This document shows, one piece after another, positions 39,672-52,916 of a stretch of DNA of 64,000 nucleotides (positions within the stretch are counted from its first letter, which is position 1; every line of letters begins with the position of its first letter). The DNA comes from Octopus vulgaris (taxonomy: Eukaryota). The stretch lies in NCBI GenBank assembly GCA_951406725.2, contig OX597829.1, positions 40,672,001 to 40,736,000 on the forward strand, in the 5' to 3' direction. A program made the position numbers and the translations under genes. The notes beneath the pieces were generated by a model. The model made no database searches, was not told the origin of the DNA, and worked only from the letters and a program-made list of their open reading frames with translations.

Positions 39672-41424
39672 TCTGTTGACTCCCAAGTACTTGACTAGTA
39701 TCAAGGCCATTCCATCATAACAACACCATAGTCCCCACCCCGCCACCTGGTAAATCAGTGCACTGAGTCCTATACTATTTATTGTATTGATCGAAAGTCA
39801 CAGTATAGATAGATCAAATTCGGCCCCCAGATCCAAGAGGACCCCCACCCCGCCCCACCCGGACAAACCGAAGCACAGGGGCCTGTATTATTTACTAAGT
39901 CACATTATACATTTACTAAGTACACATTATAGAGCAGAATTAGGCTCCTAGCATGATGAAGCCCTCGGGCAAGTGCCCAGTGTGTGATCGAACCTTAAGA
40001 CTGTATTCTGACTAGTTCTTTAATTTTTACGGAGTCCTCCCCCCACCCCCTGAATGATGAGGAAAAGTAGAGTTTGACCCCCCCCCACTGGGGTGTGAAC
40101 TCACGATATAGAAGGAACGTAACTAAATACCAACAATTTTTTTCACCATTCTGCACCCGTTGATAACATTGCCAGTGCTAACTAACAAGGCCATACATTT
40201 TGAGGGAGTGGTATGCCTAATTTACTCCACCCAGGTTCGTTGACCTGGAAGAATGAAAAACAAAGTTTATATAATTACAACGACAGTGACAACAAAACAA
40301 TGTACTTTTTTTTAAACATTTTTATATTTTCATTTTATGGAAGTTGTCAAAAAATAAAAACCAATAAAATGGCAAACATACTGGGTTAGCGCATCCAACT
40401 GGTGCAATGCCTTGTGGTTCTTGTTCAGGCTGTCAGTCTGCACTTAAGTTCAAATCTTTCCGAGGTCAGCTTTGCTGTTTGCCATTCCAGGATTCAATAA
40501 TTAAAGTACCAGACCAGGAGAGGTTTCATTAATGCTTTTATTTTTTTTTTTTCATTCTCTTTTATCTAATACTTGTTTCAGTCATTAAATTGTGGCCATG
40601 CTGGGGCACCATTTTGAAGGGTTTTAGTGGAGCAAATTAACCCCAGTATTTATTTATTTATTTTTTTTAAGATAAAACAAAGCTTGGTATTTATTCTATC
40701 CATCTCAAATGCCAAACTTCTAAGTTATGGGGATGTAAACAAACCAGTACCGGTTGCCAAGTGGTGGAAGGACAGACACTAATACAATGCCACACACACA
40801 GACATGACTGGAGCCACTTTGAAAGGTTTAGTTGAACAAATCGACCTGGTACATGTCTTTTAAAGTCTGATACATATTATATCGATCTCCTTTGATGAAC
40901 TGCTAACTTATTGGGACATAAATAAACCAACACCAGTTGTCAAATGCTGTTGGGGGGGGGGGACAAACACAGCACAAAGATGGACACTTATACATACACA
41001 CCCACGACAAACTTTTTTTTTTTTCAATTTCCATCTACCGAATCCACTCAATTTCTTTGGTTGGCCTGGTGGCTAAAGCAGAAGACACTTGTCCAAGATG
41101 CTGTGCAGTGGGACTGAACCTGGAACCATGCAGTTGGGAAGCAAACTTCATACCTTGCACCTGCCTAATTCTGCTCTATGTATAACTGTGACTTAGTAAA
41201 TAATACAGGCCCCTGTGCTTCGGTTCGTCTGGGCGGGGAGGGGGGGACCTCATGGATCTGGGGGCCGAATTTGATCTATCTTCTATACTGTGGCTTTCGA
41301 TCAATTACAATACATAGTAAAGGGCTCAGTGCCCTGATATACCAGGTGGGTGGGGTGGAGGTGCTCTATGATGTTGTTATGATGGATGGCCTTGATACTA
41401 GTCAAGTACTTGGGAGTCAACAGA
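39672..41424. repeat. Intronic inverted repeat, arms 39672-39946 and 41163-41424
   Basis: Arms of ~260-275 bp are clear but diverged reverse complements, e.g. gaagcacaggggcctgtattatttactaagtcaca. Confidence 0.9.
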
Positions 41425-41574
41425 TTTTATTACCTCTTGTCACAGTTAAGACTTTATCACCTCCTGTCACTGGACTGGCCTCCTCGTGACACCTAACAAG
41501 GTGAATCCTGAGACCCAGCTGAAACTAATGAAACTCAAATGGCCGATGAAGAATTGTCTCTCTTTTTCTCTTTT

Positions 41575-41961
41575 TTTACTTGTTTCAGTCATTTGACTGC
41601 GGCCATGTTGGAGCACCGCCTTTAGTCGAGCAAATCGACCCCGGGACTTATTCTTTGTAAGCCCAGTACTTATTCTATCAGTCTCTTTTGCCGAACCGCT
41701 AAGTGACGGGGACGTAAACACACCAGCATCGGTTGTCAAGCGATGCTGGGGGGACAAACACAGACACACATACATATATATATATATATACATATATACG
41801 ACAGGCTTCTTTCAGTTTCCGTCTACCAAATCCACTCACAAGGCATTGGTCGGCCCGGGGCTGCAGCAGAAGACACTTGCCCAAGATGCCACACAGTGGG
41901 ACTGAACCCAGAACCATGTGGTTGGTTAGCAAGCTACTTACCACACAGCCACTCCTGCGCC
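41575..41961 (-). mobile_element. Family-A SINE
   Basis: Full-length match. Confidence 0.9.
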
Positions 41962-42059
41962 TGTCTCTGTTGGTGAAACGTATCAATATGATACCATCGA
42001 TCTTGCATAAATTCCATCTTTTGCTTCTTTCAGTCATTAGGCTGCAACCATGCATTTGA

Positions 42060-42640
42060 GTACTGGTAACCTTTCATCTTTTTGGGGGTTGATAAAATAA
42101 GTACCAGTTGCATACCGGGGTTGATCTAATTGATTGGTCCCCCTCCCCTCAAATTTCCTATAGTAGAAAGGATTATTATTATTATTATTAAGGCAGCGAG
42201 CTGGCAGAATTGTTAGCATGTTGGACAAAATGCTCAGCGGTGTTTCATTTGCCATTACATTCTGAGTTCAAATTCCGTCAAGGTCGACTTTGCCTTTCAT
42301 CCCTTTCACATCAGTAAAATAAGTACCAGTTGAGTACTAGACCCCTTAATCGACTAGACCCTTACCCTCAAACTTCAGGCCTTGTACCTATAGTAGAAAT
42401 AATATTATTATTATTATTATTATTATCATTTTAAGGCAGCAAGTTGGCAGAATTTTTAGCACGCCAAGCAGAATGCTTAGTTGCATTTCATCTGTCTTTA
42501 CAATTCTGAGTTCAAACTCTGCCGAGGTCAGCTTTGTCTTGCATCCGTTCAGGGGTCCATAAAATAGGTACCAATTGGGTACTGGGTTGACGTAAGCAAA
42601 TAGGCCCCTCCTCCTAATTTCAAACCTATGCCAAAATAGA
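42060..42640 (+). mobile_element. Cluster of three diverged family-B SINEs separated by (TTA)n
   Basis: Repeated ggcagc(g/a)ag(c/t)tggcagaa heads and cctttcatc...aagtaccag cores. Confidence 0.7.
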
Positions 42641-42894
42641 TTATTCCCTCTCTCTCTTTCGGAGAGGCACTGAGCAGCTATACGCACACATACACACACG
42701 GCAGTAACTTCCACCTACCGAATTCAATCACAAAGCTCCGATCAGCTCGGGGCTATAGTGGAAGACACCTACCCAAAGTGCCACGCAGTGGGACTGAACC
42801 CGAAACCATGTAGCTCGGAAGCAAGCTCCCTAACCACACAGCCATATTATTATTATTTTTATTATCATTATTATTATTATCATTATTATTATTA

Positions 42895-42944
<50 letters not shown>

Positions 42945-43534
42945 GTCATACATTTGAAGTCAATTTTGTTTTTGTCATTCTTTCATGTCAATGAACCTGG
43001 TGGGTTGATTAAATTAACTATCACCGTTCCTTCAAATTTATGGACTTGTGCTTATGTTCATCATCATTTAACATCCGTTTTCCATGCTGGTATGGGTTGG
43101 ATGGTTCAACAGGAGCTGGTAAGGCCAGGAGTCACACCAGGTTCCATTGTCTGTTTTTGGCTTAGTTTCTACAATTTGATGCCCTTCCTAACATCGACAA
43201 CTTTACAGAGTGTACCAGGTGCTTTTTTTTTACATGACGCCAGAAATTATTATTTTTCATTAATTATGACGGGATCATTAGACTGGAAGAGTGAAGAATC
43301 GGAAAAATTATTACAACATTTTCAGCTCTTTACTTTCTGATTTGAAGTCCTACAGAAGCCATTTTTGCTTTTCTTTCTGGGTTGATAGAACATGGTACCA
43401 GTTGATTACCAGTTGACTACAATTTCACATGTACAATCTACATGACACTGGTAACCGCCATGATTACGATTAGACAGAATATCTTGTTTACTATCTTCTC
43501 TGTTCTGAGTCCTAATCCTGCCAAGATGCCCATA

Positions 43535-44110
43535 ATCATCATTGTTTGACCGTGGTCGAGAGAATGGAATTTACTATGTTACGCCAGACTTCACGGTCCA
43601 TCATAGCATTATGGAGGTCCTGTTGCTAGATGCCTGTATCCCTGGAGATTAGATCAGGGTAGGAGAGTATGTGCCCTCTGGTATCACGAGCAGATGGCTT
43701 CCAGAGGAGAAGAGTAGAAATTGCCTCGTTTTCAGCTCTACAACATTGTCCAGCAAACTGGACTCTTCTACCTTTCACAAGAGATGACACGGGTGGTAGT
43801 TTCCCATATATTTGTACTTTGGTTGGATGACGCTTCCACGAGAGATTCTGAGCTCTCATAAGGAGAGCTACACCAGGGTTCCTCTTCCCCAGGAATTACC
43901 TCGTTTTCAGCTCTACAACAATGTCCAGCAAACTGGACTCTTCTACCTTTCACAAGAGATGACACAGGTCGTAGTTTCCCATATATTTGTACTTTGGTTG
44001 GATGACACTTCCACGAGATATTTTGAGCTCTCATAAGGAGGCGAGTGTAAGTTCCATCCAACCGCCTCTCAAGCTTCTTTGATAACGTCCAGGTTTCTGA
44101 GCCGTATAGT
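43535..44110 (-). mobile_element. RTE-group LINE 3' end with an internal duplication
   Basis: LLYGSETWTLSKKLERRLDGTYTRLLMRAQNISWK..RRVQFAGHC.RAENE..LLLWKP; 145 bp duplicated; same family at 57020-57298. Confidence 0.85.
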
Positions 44111-44309
44111 AAAAAAAGATGCCCATGAAGGTGTTCCATTTGCAGAGCTCAATAAAATAAAAGTTTTCAGTCAGACATAGTTACCTACAAAATTTATGAT
44201 TTTGGGCCTACGTTAGGCAGTCGCTGCAGTTTATGCAGTGCCTGAATTAATTGTAAAAGAGCAGGTGGTCATGTCAGGGATTTGCTGCATCAGAGTTGAT
44301 CTGGATTAC

Positions 44310-45390
<1,081 letters not shown>

Positions 45391-45689
45391 CAAGGCAATA
45401 TACACATTACAGCTCACATACTCATAATTGTGGTGACTCACACACAGACACACACAGATGAAATCATGGCAACTCACACACAGAAGCATACACACACACA
45501 CACACCACAAGCATCATATGCTTACACAAACATACATACACACACCACAGGGCATTCACACACACGGAAAAAAAAAGCACACACACACACACACATGGAT
45601 ACATACACACTCTTGCGAGTACACATGCACACACACACACAATGTAAGAGTTTGATGAGACAGAGCACATCACATGCTTTTTTGGGGGA

Positions 45690-45975
45690 CTTCCTGCTCA
45701 CTCGGTGGGCGGGCGGGTGGGTGAACAGAGGGGTCGTGAGTTGTTGTTGTTGCTGGTGGTGGTGGTGGTGGTGGTGGTGGGTGCTTAATTTAAATGTTTG
45801 GTTTGGTGGTGGAGGAAGTAATTGTGCCTCTCCATCCCACTGCTCCGCCACCACCCACAGCGGTTAGTACCCAGGGTATATAAGGAAGTGAGTCAGAGCA
45901 AGGATAATAACAAGGAAAATAGATATAGACACACACACACAGAAGGAGTGATATGGGTGTGTTCAGGGTGTGTGT
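45690..45975. promoter_or_regulatory. Candidate intronic enhancer or alternative promoter
   Basis: Cluster of a GC box (GGGCGGG, about 45707), CACCC/GGGTG boxes, GGAAGT sites, TATATAA (45877-45883) and composite AGGAAGTGAGTCA (45883-45895). Confidence 0.4.
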
Positions 45976-46372
45976 GTGTGTGTGGTGGTGTTAATCATAG
46001 AAGAGGATGGAACTGTGTGCTAGAAATAGTGACATTTCCTAAACAGATGTATGAAGCCAAGTCAGTCATCAAGTCTAGTCATGTGTGCATGAATATCTGT
46101 CAGTTGGTCAGAGGTTTCTCTGTAGACCACATTTAGTCATGAGCATGAAAAAGAACATTAAATATTTTTTTTGTTTTGTTTTGTGTTTTTCTTTTTGTTT
46201 TTACTTTGTAATACCACTAACCCTTCTTGGACAAGGCCCATAACTCTGTCTGTTTCAAGGTTATCTAACTGGAAATAGTTGAACAAGGAGGTTTGGTTTC
46301 TTTTACCATTTTTTACTTAGCTTACAGTTTAACGCTTTTGATAGCAGCCCACCCAAGACCACCCCTACTTAT

Positions 46373-46574
46373 ACTCTTTCACTTGTTTCAGTCATTTGAC
46401 TGTGGCAATGCTGGAGCAACGCCTTTAGTCGAGCAACTCGACCCCGGGACTTATTCTTTGTAAGCCTAGTACTTATTCTATCGGACCCTTTTGCCGAACC
46501 GCTAAGTTACGGGGACGTAAACACACCAACATCGGTTGTCAAGCAATGGTGGGGGGACAAACGCACACACACAA

Positions 46575-46605
<31 letters not shown>

Positions 46606-46740
46606 CATATAAACGACAGGCTTCTTTCAGTTTCCGTCTACCAAATCCACTCACAAGGCTTTGGTCGGCCCGAGGCTATAGTAGAAGACACTTGCTCAAG
46701 GTACCACGCAGTGGGACTGAACTCAGAACCACACAGCCAC
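46373..46740 (-). mobile_element. Family-A SINE
   Basis: Family match with a small deletion in the head. Confidence 0.88.
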
Positions 46741-46771
46741 TGTCTATGGGACACGTACTTCCTATTTTTAA

Positions 46772-47213
46772 CCCTTCACTCATTTAAACCGGCCATATCC
46801 AAGCCAGATATTCTACCTGTTTTACGTACTAACAGGCCAGATCCAGCTTCTCATACTTACCCTACAACGTCATTTTAAAAATAAGTGATCGCGTCATTGA
46901 AATCTTGAAGCTATAAGATAATATGTGATTGATTAAAATCAATGTGATTAAATAATCATTAAATTTGATGAAATAATCTGAATACTAGAGGGTTGACCCT
47001 TTCGTTACCAACCCGGCTGAAACCGCCTCTGACTCTGTAAATGTCTTGTTTTCATAAGGTTTGAATTAAAATCTTCCACGAAACCTTAATCACAATTTAT
47101 GTTCCTAACACTAGCTGAATGATAACTATGTTATTTTACTAAATTCTTTGTTATATTTAAAATTAATTGAAAGAAACACAGAGCATCTCAAAATAAATAC
47201 GGTAATGAAAGGG
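46772..47213. mobile_element. Two abutting piggyBac-like MITEs of different families (46772-46992 and 46997-47213)
   Basis: TTAA|CCCTT...GAGGG|TTGA|CCCTTTCGTTAC...GAAAGGG|TTAA; the second is the reverse of the 27813 family. Confidence 0.8.
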
Positions 47214-47502
47214 TTAAAGTGATCTAAGTTAAAATTTCATGTTAATTTATGTTCCAAAATACCAGCTTATTTTCCTGGATTCTTCATATTTTTCAAAATC
47301 AAGTGTAATAAGAGGGTGTATTTAACATAACAAATGCAGCTTCTATGAAAATGCATAAATTTGTTACAGTGCTTATTTCCGCGAGCTAATTAGGGAAGCA
47401 CTAATTCATAGTTGTCATAGCTTCCTTATGAGGACTCCCAAACAAATCAGTGCACTTGGCCATGTTGTATTTGTTTGTTGACAACAAGCCACAGTATATA
47501 CT

Positions 47503-47845
47503 ATTTCTTTACTACCCACAAGGGACTAAACACAGAGGGGACAAACAAGGACAGACAAACGGATTAAGTCAATTATATCGACCCAGTGTATAACTGGTAC
47601 TTAATTTATCGACCCCGAAAGGATGAAAAGCAAAGTCGACCTCGGCAGAATTTGAACTCAGAACATAACGGCAGACGAAATACCTATTTCTTTACTACCC
47701 ACAAGGGGCTAAACACAGAGAGGACAAACAAGGACAGACAAACGGATTAAGTCGATTACATCGACCCCAGTGCATAACTGGTACTTATTTAATCGACCCC
47801 GAAAGGATGAAAGGCAAAGTTGACCTCGGCAGAATTTGAACTCAA
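47503..47845 (-). mobile_element. Family-B SINE, doubled body, 5' truncated
   Basis: Two tandem tatttctttactacccacaagg...gaactca units. Confidence 0.85.
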
Positions 47846-49211
47846 ATCAGAACTGGGGCTGCTAGACCTGTGATGCCCCTGGGAAACTACCCAGTGTGCC
47901 TATGGCTTAAGATGGCCCTGATCTCTACATGGTCATTGCAACTGAAATAGCAGTCAAATCTCCCTCAAATCACCACTACCCCCAATCTCATGGATTCCTT
48001 AAACGCACACATGCATGCACACACATACACACACGTGCGCGCATGCACACACATACACAAAAGTAAGTCACTGGTTGAACCCATTTGATTGCAGGACTGC
48101 ACTGTCATTGCTCAGCAACAAGCAGTGGAGGCACAATGGCCCAATGGTTAGGGCAGTGGACTCGCTGTCAGAGGATCGCAGTTTCAATTCCCAGACTGGG
48201 CATTGTGTGTGTTTATTGAGCAAAAACACCTAAAGCTCCACGAGACTCCAGCAGGGGGTGCTGGCGACCCCTGCTGTACTCTTTCGCTCCAACTTTCTCA
48301 CTCTTTCTTCCTGTTTCTTGTCCCCGACTTCCTACACAACCGCTGAGCCTGGATGCACATTCATCCATCTATCGATGCTCTCGGTGTTGGGGGTTGACCT
48401 GCTTTCTCTTCTGCGGGTCTTACGAATAGCAAAGGACCAGGTTTCGGACTTCTCCCACTGCTCTGGGACAAAGACCGCTACGCTCAACAGCAACAGCCAC
48501 AAGCAACAATGTATGTTGTTAGTGCCAACAAATGAGATGGCCTTTATGTGGTCACTTATCCTGCTAGAAGTAGCAGTCAAATCTGTCTCAAGGCAACACC
48601 TTGGGTTCTAAAGGAAAGAAATGTACAATGTACTTCGTTAATGTGTGAGTTCCAAGTTAATTATATCTGAATGAATTAGAGTGAATCACTTTGTTGATTG
48701 TGGGTCTACTAGTGCTGCTTAAATTTTGAAACACCACTATTGCCACTCCCTTCTTTACCATTTCTGCATCTTTTGGCCCCCCACCCCCATCGCTACCATC
48801 CACTATCACAACTACTATCACAACCAACCAACCACTACTACTACTACTACAGCTACTCCCAGTCTCTACTACTTCCCCATCACCACTACTTTCACTTCCT
48901 CTTCAACCATTAACCCATCACCTATTCAACCTAATAGGGACATTTGATGCAGTCATATGGCTGGCTAGAAATAGCAACCAAATCCCCTCTAAGTTACATC
49001 CTACCGTCTATTTAAAAATATATATATATGGATTGATAGATACCTTATTTTAGTTGTCCTTTATAGATAGCCTGTACCTGAAAAGATTGGCTTATCATTT
49101 TTAGGCTGGCCTTTTAATCATAGGTCTGCTTGAACAAAGGCCATAAGTACTGAAAGGTACATTGGATAATGGCGTCAAGATCTTGTTAAATTTCCTACAA
49201 TGATGTACAAT

Positions 49212-49588
49212 AGGCACAGGAGTGGCTGTGTGGTAAGTAGCTTGCTTACCAACCACACAGTTCTGGGTACAGTCCCACTGCCTGGCACCTTGGGCAAGTG
49301 TCTTCTGCTATAGCCTCGGGCCGACCAAAGCCTTGTGAGTGGATTTGGTAGACGGAAACTGAAAGGAGCCCGTCGTATATATGTATATGTATATATGTGT
49401 TTGTGTGTCTGTGTTTGTCCTCCCAACATCGCTTGTGTTTATGTCACCGTAACATAGCGGTTCGGCAAAAGAGACCGATAGAATAAGTAGTAGGCTTACA
49501 AAGAATAAGTCCTAGGGTTGATTTGTTCAACTAAAGGCGGTGCTCCAGCATGGCCACAGGCAAATGACTGAAACAAGTAAAAGAGAGA
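49212..49588 (+). mobile_element. Family-A SINE
   Basis: Full-length match. Confidence 0.9.
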
Positions 49589-49749
49589 TGTAACCTCTCT
49601 ATTTTTAATTTCTTCAGAAAACAAAATAAAAAAAAAACAAGAAACAATGTGATTTTCATCCAAAAGACCACCTTTTTTGAAAATAATCTGTGAAAATTTG
49701 ATACATTTCAAGTGGTTCTAAGAAATTTTAACAAGACCCTGGACTCCTT

Positions 49750-49979
49750 GCGGTGAGCTGGCAAAAACGTTATAACGCCGGGCGAAATGCTTAGCAGTAT
49801 TTCATCTGCCATTACGTTCCGAGTTCAAATTCCGTCGAGGTTGACTTTGCCTTTCATCCTTTCGGGGTCGATAAATTAAGTACCAGTTACGCACTGGGAT
49901 CGATGTAATCGACTTAATCTGTTTGTCTGTCCTTGTTTGTCCCCTCTGTGTTTAGCCCCTTGTGGGTAGTAAAGAAATA
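49750..49979 (+). mobile_element. Family-B SINE
   Basis: Head, core and aaagaaata tail. Confidence 0.88.
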
Positions 49980-50805
49980 GATATACATTGTTTGAATAAA
50001 TATAAGATGGGCTTACAAAAGCTAAAACATGGTAGACCCACTAGGTCAAGAGAACCAGGAACAAACAAACATACCCTGATATTAGTGGTGTTGGTTCTGG
50101 TTAACTAATTAGTCTTGCAGACTTTTTATGGTGAGGTGGGAGTGGAAAGGGGATGAGAATTTCGAAATTTATAGCAAGCATGCCGTTTTCAAGACCATTA
50201 ATGTCAATAAATAACACCAGTCCATTTCCAAATTTACCAAATGGGGTGGTGGAGATGGCTGTAGCAGGGTTGTGAAGGATCATGATTTTCTCAAATATTT
50301 CATGCTAAAATTATCAAACTCTGTCCTCTCATTTGATCTTTTGCTCTCTCTCTCTCTCTCTCCATCTCAAACGCATCAAATCCACTCACTAGGCTTTGGT
50401 TGGCCTGGGTGCTATAGTAAAAGATACTTGCTCAAGGTGCTGCACAGTGGGACTGAACCCAAAACCACATGGTTGGCAAGCAATCTTCTTACCACACAGC
50501 CATACCTGCGCCTATTGAATTTTAAAGCATTTTAGGAGTTACAAGCTCGGAGAATGTAACTTATTCCCCCCTCCCCCTGCCTCATGTTGGCTGCAGCTCA
50601 TTATTTGCTGGGCCCTAGCATCGAAGGACAGAACTAAATACTACCAGGTGTTTACTACATAAAGCAGTCTACTATTTCAGCTAATTGTAATAAAAGCTTT
50701 TTTTTTTACTTAATTACCTCTACATAGCTTGTGTACATAATCAAGAATAACTTATAACATGTTCTTACAGCTCTTTCAGCAAGCATAGCACTTATATTTT
50801 TAATG

Positions 50806-50872
<67 letters not shown>

Positions 50873-51177
50873 GAGGTACAATGGTCCAGTGGTTAGGGCA
50901 GCGGACTCGCAGTTGTAGGATCGTGGTTTTGATTCCCAGACCTGGCATTGTGAGTGTTTAGTGAGCGAAAACACCTAAAGCTCCACAAGGCTCCAGCACG
51001 GGGTGGTGGCAATCCCTGCTGTACTCTTTCGCCAAAACTTTCTCTCACTCTTCCTTCTGTTGGCCTGCTTGCTTAGCCAGCGGGGTGGCGTCATATGAAG
51101 GCTAAAACAATGCGAAGCGCATTGTGACCAGCGATGTGTAGCAACATCTAATAGCCTGGTCGGTCACGGTGATTACA

Positions 51178-51213
<36 letters not shown>

Positions 51214-51590
51214 TGAGTAAAAAGTAAGTAATGTTTTCAACCATGAAGAATTTGTACTGGATTTTTTCAGAGTTAGGAATTTTTTATAAACATTTTTTGC
51301 TGTTGTCTGATAATACAGACATAGACTTGCCCAAATGCATCAAAAATTAACATTGATATTTTTTTCACCGTTGTTACAATCATCTGAAATGGAACTGACA
51401 AAACGTGATGATATTCGAGCAATTTTGCTATTCATCTTCAAAAAAGGACGTAAAGCAGCTGAAACTACTTGTGATATCAGTGAACCATTTGATGAGGAAA
51501 CGAGCAGTGAGTGGTCAGCTTGAAATGGGTTTAAACAATTTTGCAGTGGAGAGCTGAGCCTTGAAGATTGTGAGTGTAGTGGACGCCCAT

Positions 51591-51706
51591 CTGTCATTTA
51601 TGACAGTCAATTAAAGACTGTCATTTATGACAGTCAATTAAAGACTGTCATTTATGACAGTCAATTAAAGTCTGTCATTTATGACAGTCAATTAAAGACT
51701 GTCATT
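51591..51706. repeat. 27 bp tandem repeat x4 inside the mariner ORF
   Basis: ctgtcatttatgacagtcaattaaag(a/t) repeated; each unit contains the palindrome ctgtcat-tt-atgacag. Confidence 0.95.
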
Positions 51707-52589
51707 GAGAAAGATCCACATAAAAAACACTCGAGAACTGGTGAAAGAACTTTCGGGGTTGATAAATTAAGTACCAGTTATGCACTGGAATCGATGTAAT
51801 CGACTTAATCTGTTTGTCTGTCCTTGTTTGTCCCTTCTGTGTTTAGCCCCTTGTGGGTAGTAAAGAAATAGATATACATTGTTTGAATAAATATAAGATG
51901 GGCTTACAAAAGCTGACATTAGTGGTGTTGGTGCTGGTTAACTAATTAGTCTTGCAGGCTAATTACAGCCTGCAACCATTTGTATGCAATTGGAAAATCA
52001 AAAAAAGCGTGACAAAACGGTATCACACAATTTGAAAAAAAATCAGAAAATGTGCAGATATGAAATTTGCTTGTTGCTTCTTCTCCATAACCAGACTGAT
52101 CCATTTCTTGACCATATCGTAACTTGCAATGAAAAGTGGATTCTGTACAATAATAAAAAAAACCTTCTTCACAGTGGCTGGACCAAAATGAAGCACTGAA
52201 AACCTTCCCTAAACCCAAGCTTTTCAAAAAGAAGGTTATGGCGATTGTTTGGTGGTGTACTGCTGGACTCATCCACTACAACTTCTTAAAACCCGGAAAA
52301 ATTATTACTGCTGAAACATATTGCCATAAAACTGCCCAAATGAATGAAAAACTACTACTCTTCCATCCCAGATTGGTCAATAGAAGAGATCCAATCCTTC
52401 TTCATGACAGTGCTCGACCACACGTTTCACTAACGACACTCCAAGTTGAGGGAACTTGGCTACGATGTTCTTCTCCAGACCTTTCTCCTACCGACTACCA
52501 CTTTTTCAAGCACCTTGATGGTTTCCTGCGGAAGATGGAGTTCAAAAATCAAACCAATACTGAAAGTGCGTTCAAAGAGTTCATCAAAT

Positions 52590-52916
52590 AATAATAATAA
52601 TAATATATGAAATTATTGTATACAGTGCTCAGGTGCACTACAACTTGTCAGAAAGTGCATATAAAGTACATGCAGTAATGTAAAAATGTCTGGAAAGCGA
52701 ACAATGTATGAGTTAGATACATGCTTGTGTGTGTATGGAGGGGAGGAGATCAGGTGTAGTGTTGGCGAATCTCAGGAAGCATGGAAGTTTTGAAGGATGC
52801 AGTGCTCCGACAACTAACAACCGATGCCGGCAGTTTGTTCCACGCTTCAGCAACTCTCAGCGTGAAAAAATGTTTCCTGAAGTCATGGGAGCTGTGCTGT
52901 TTTCTTACTTTGTAAA
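52590..52916 (-). mobile_element. CR1 LINE 3' end inserted in the mariner
   Basis: YKVRKQHSSHDFRKHFFTLRVAEAWNKLPASVVSCRSTASFK; (TTA)n tail. Confidence 0.85.

Noticed and set aside
45522-45854. Minus-strand ORF with poly-His/poly-Gln resembling a transcription factor exon
   Set aside because: Derived from (TGG)n/(TTG)n and (CA)n repeats, with no recognisable domain or convincing splice sites.
50871-50950. tRNA gene
   Set aside because: A and B boxes are present, but the sequence runs into a SINE body and no clean cloverleaf is evident; it is a tRNA-derived SINE head.
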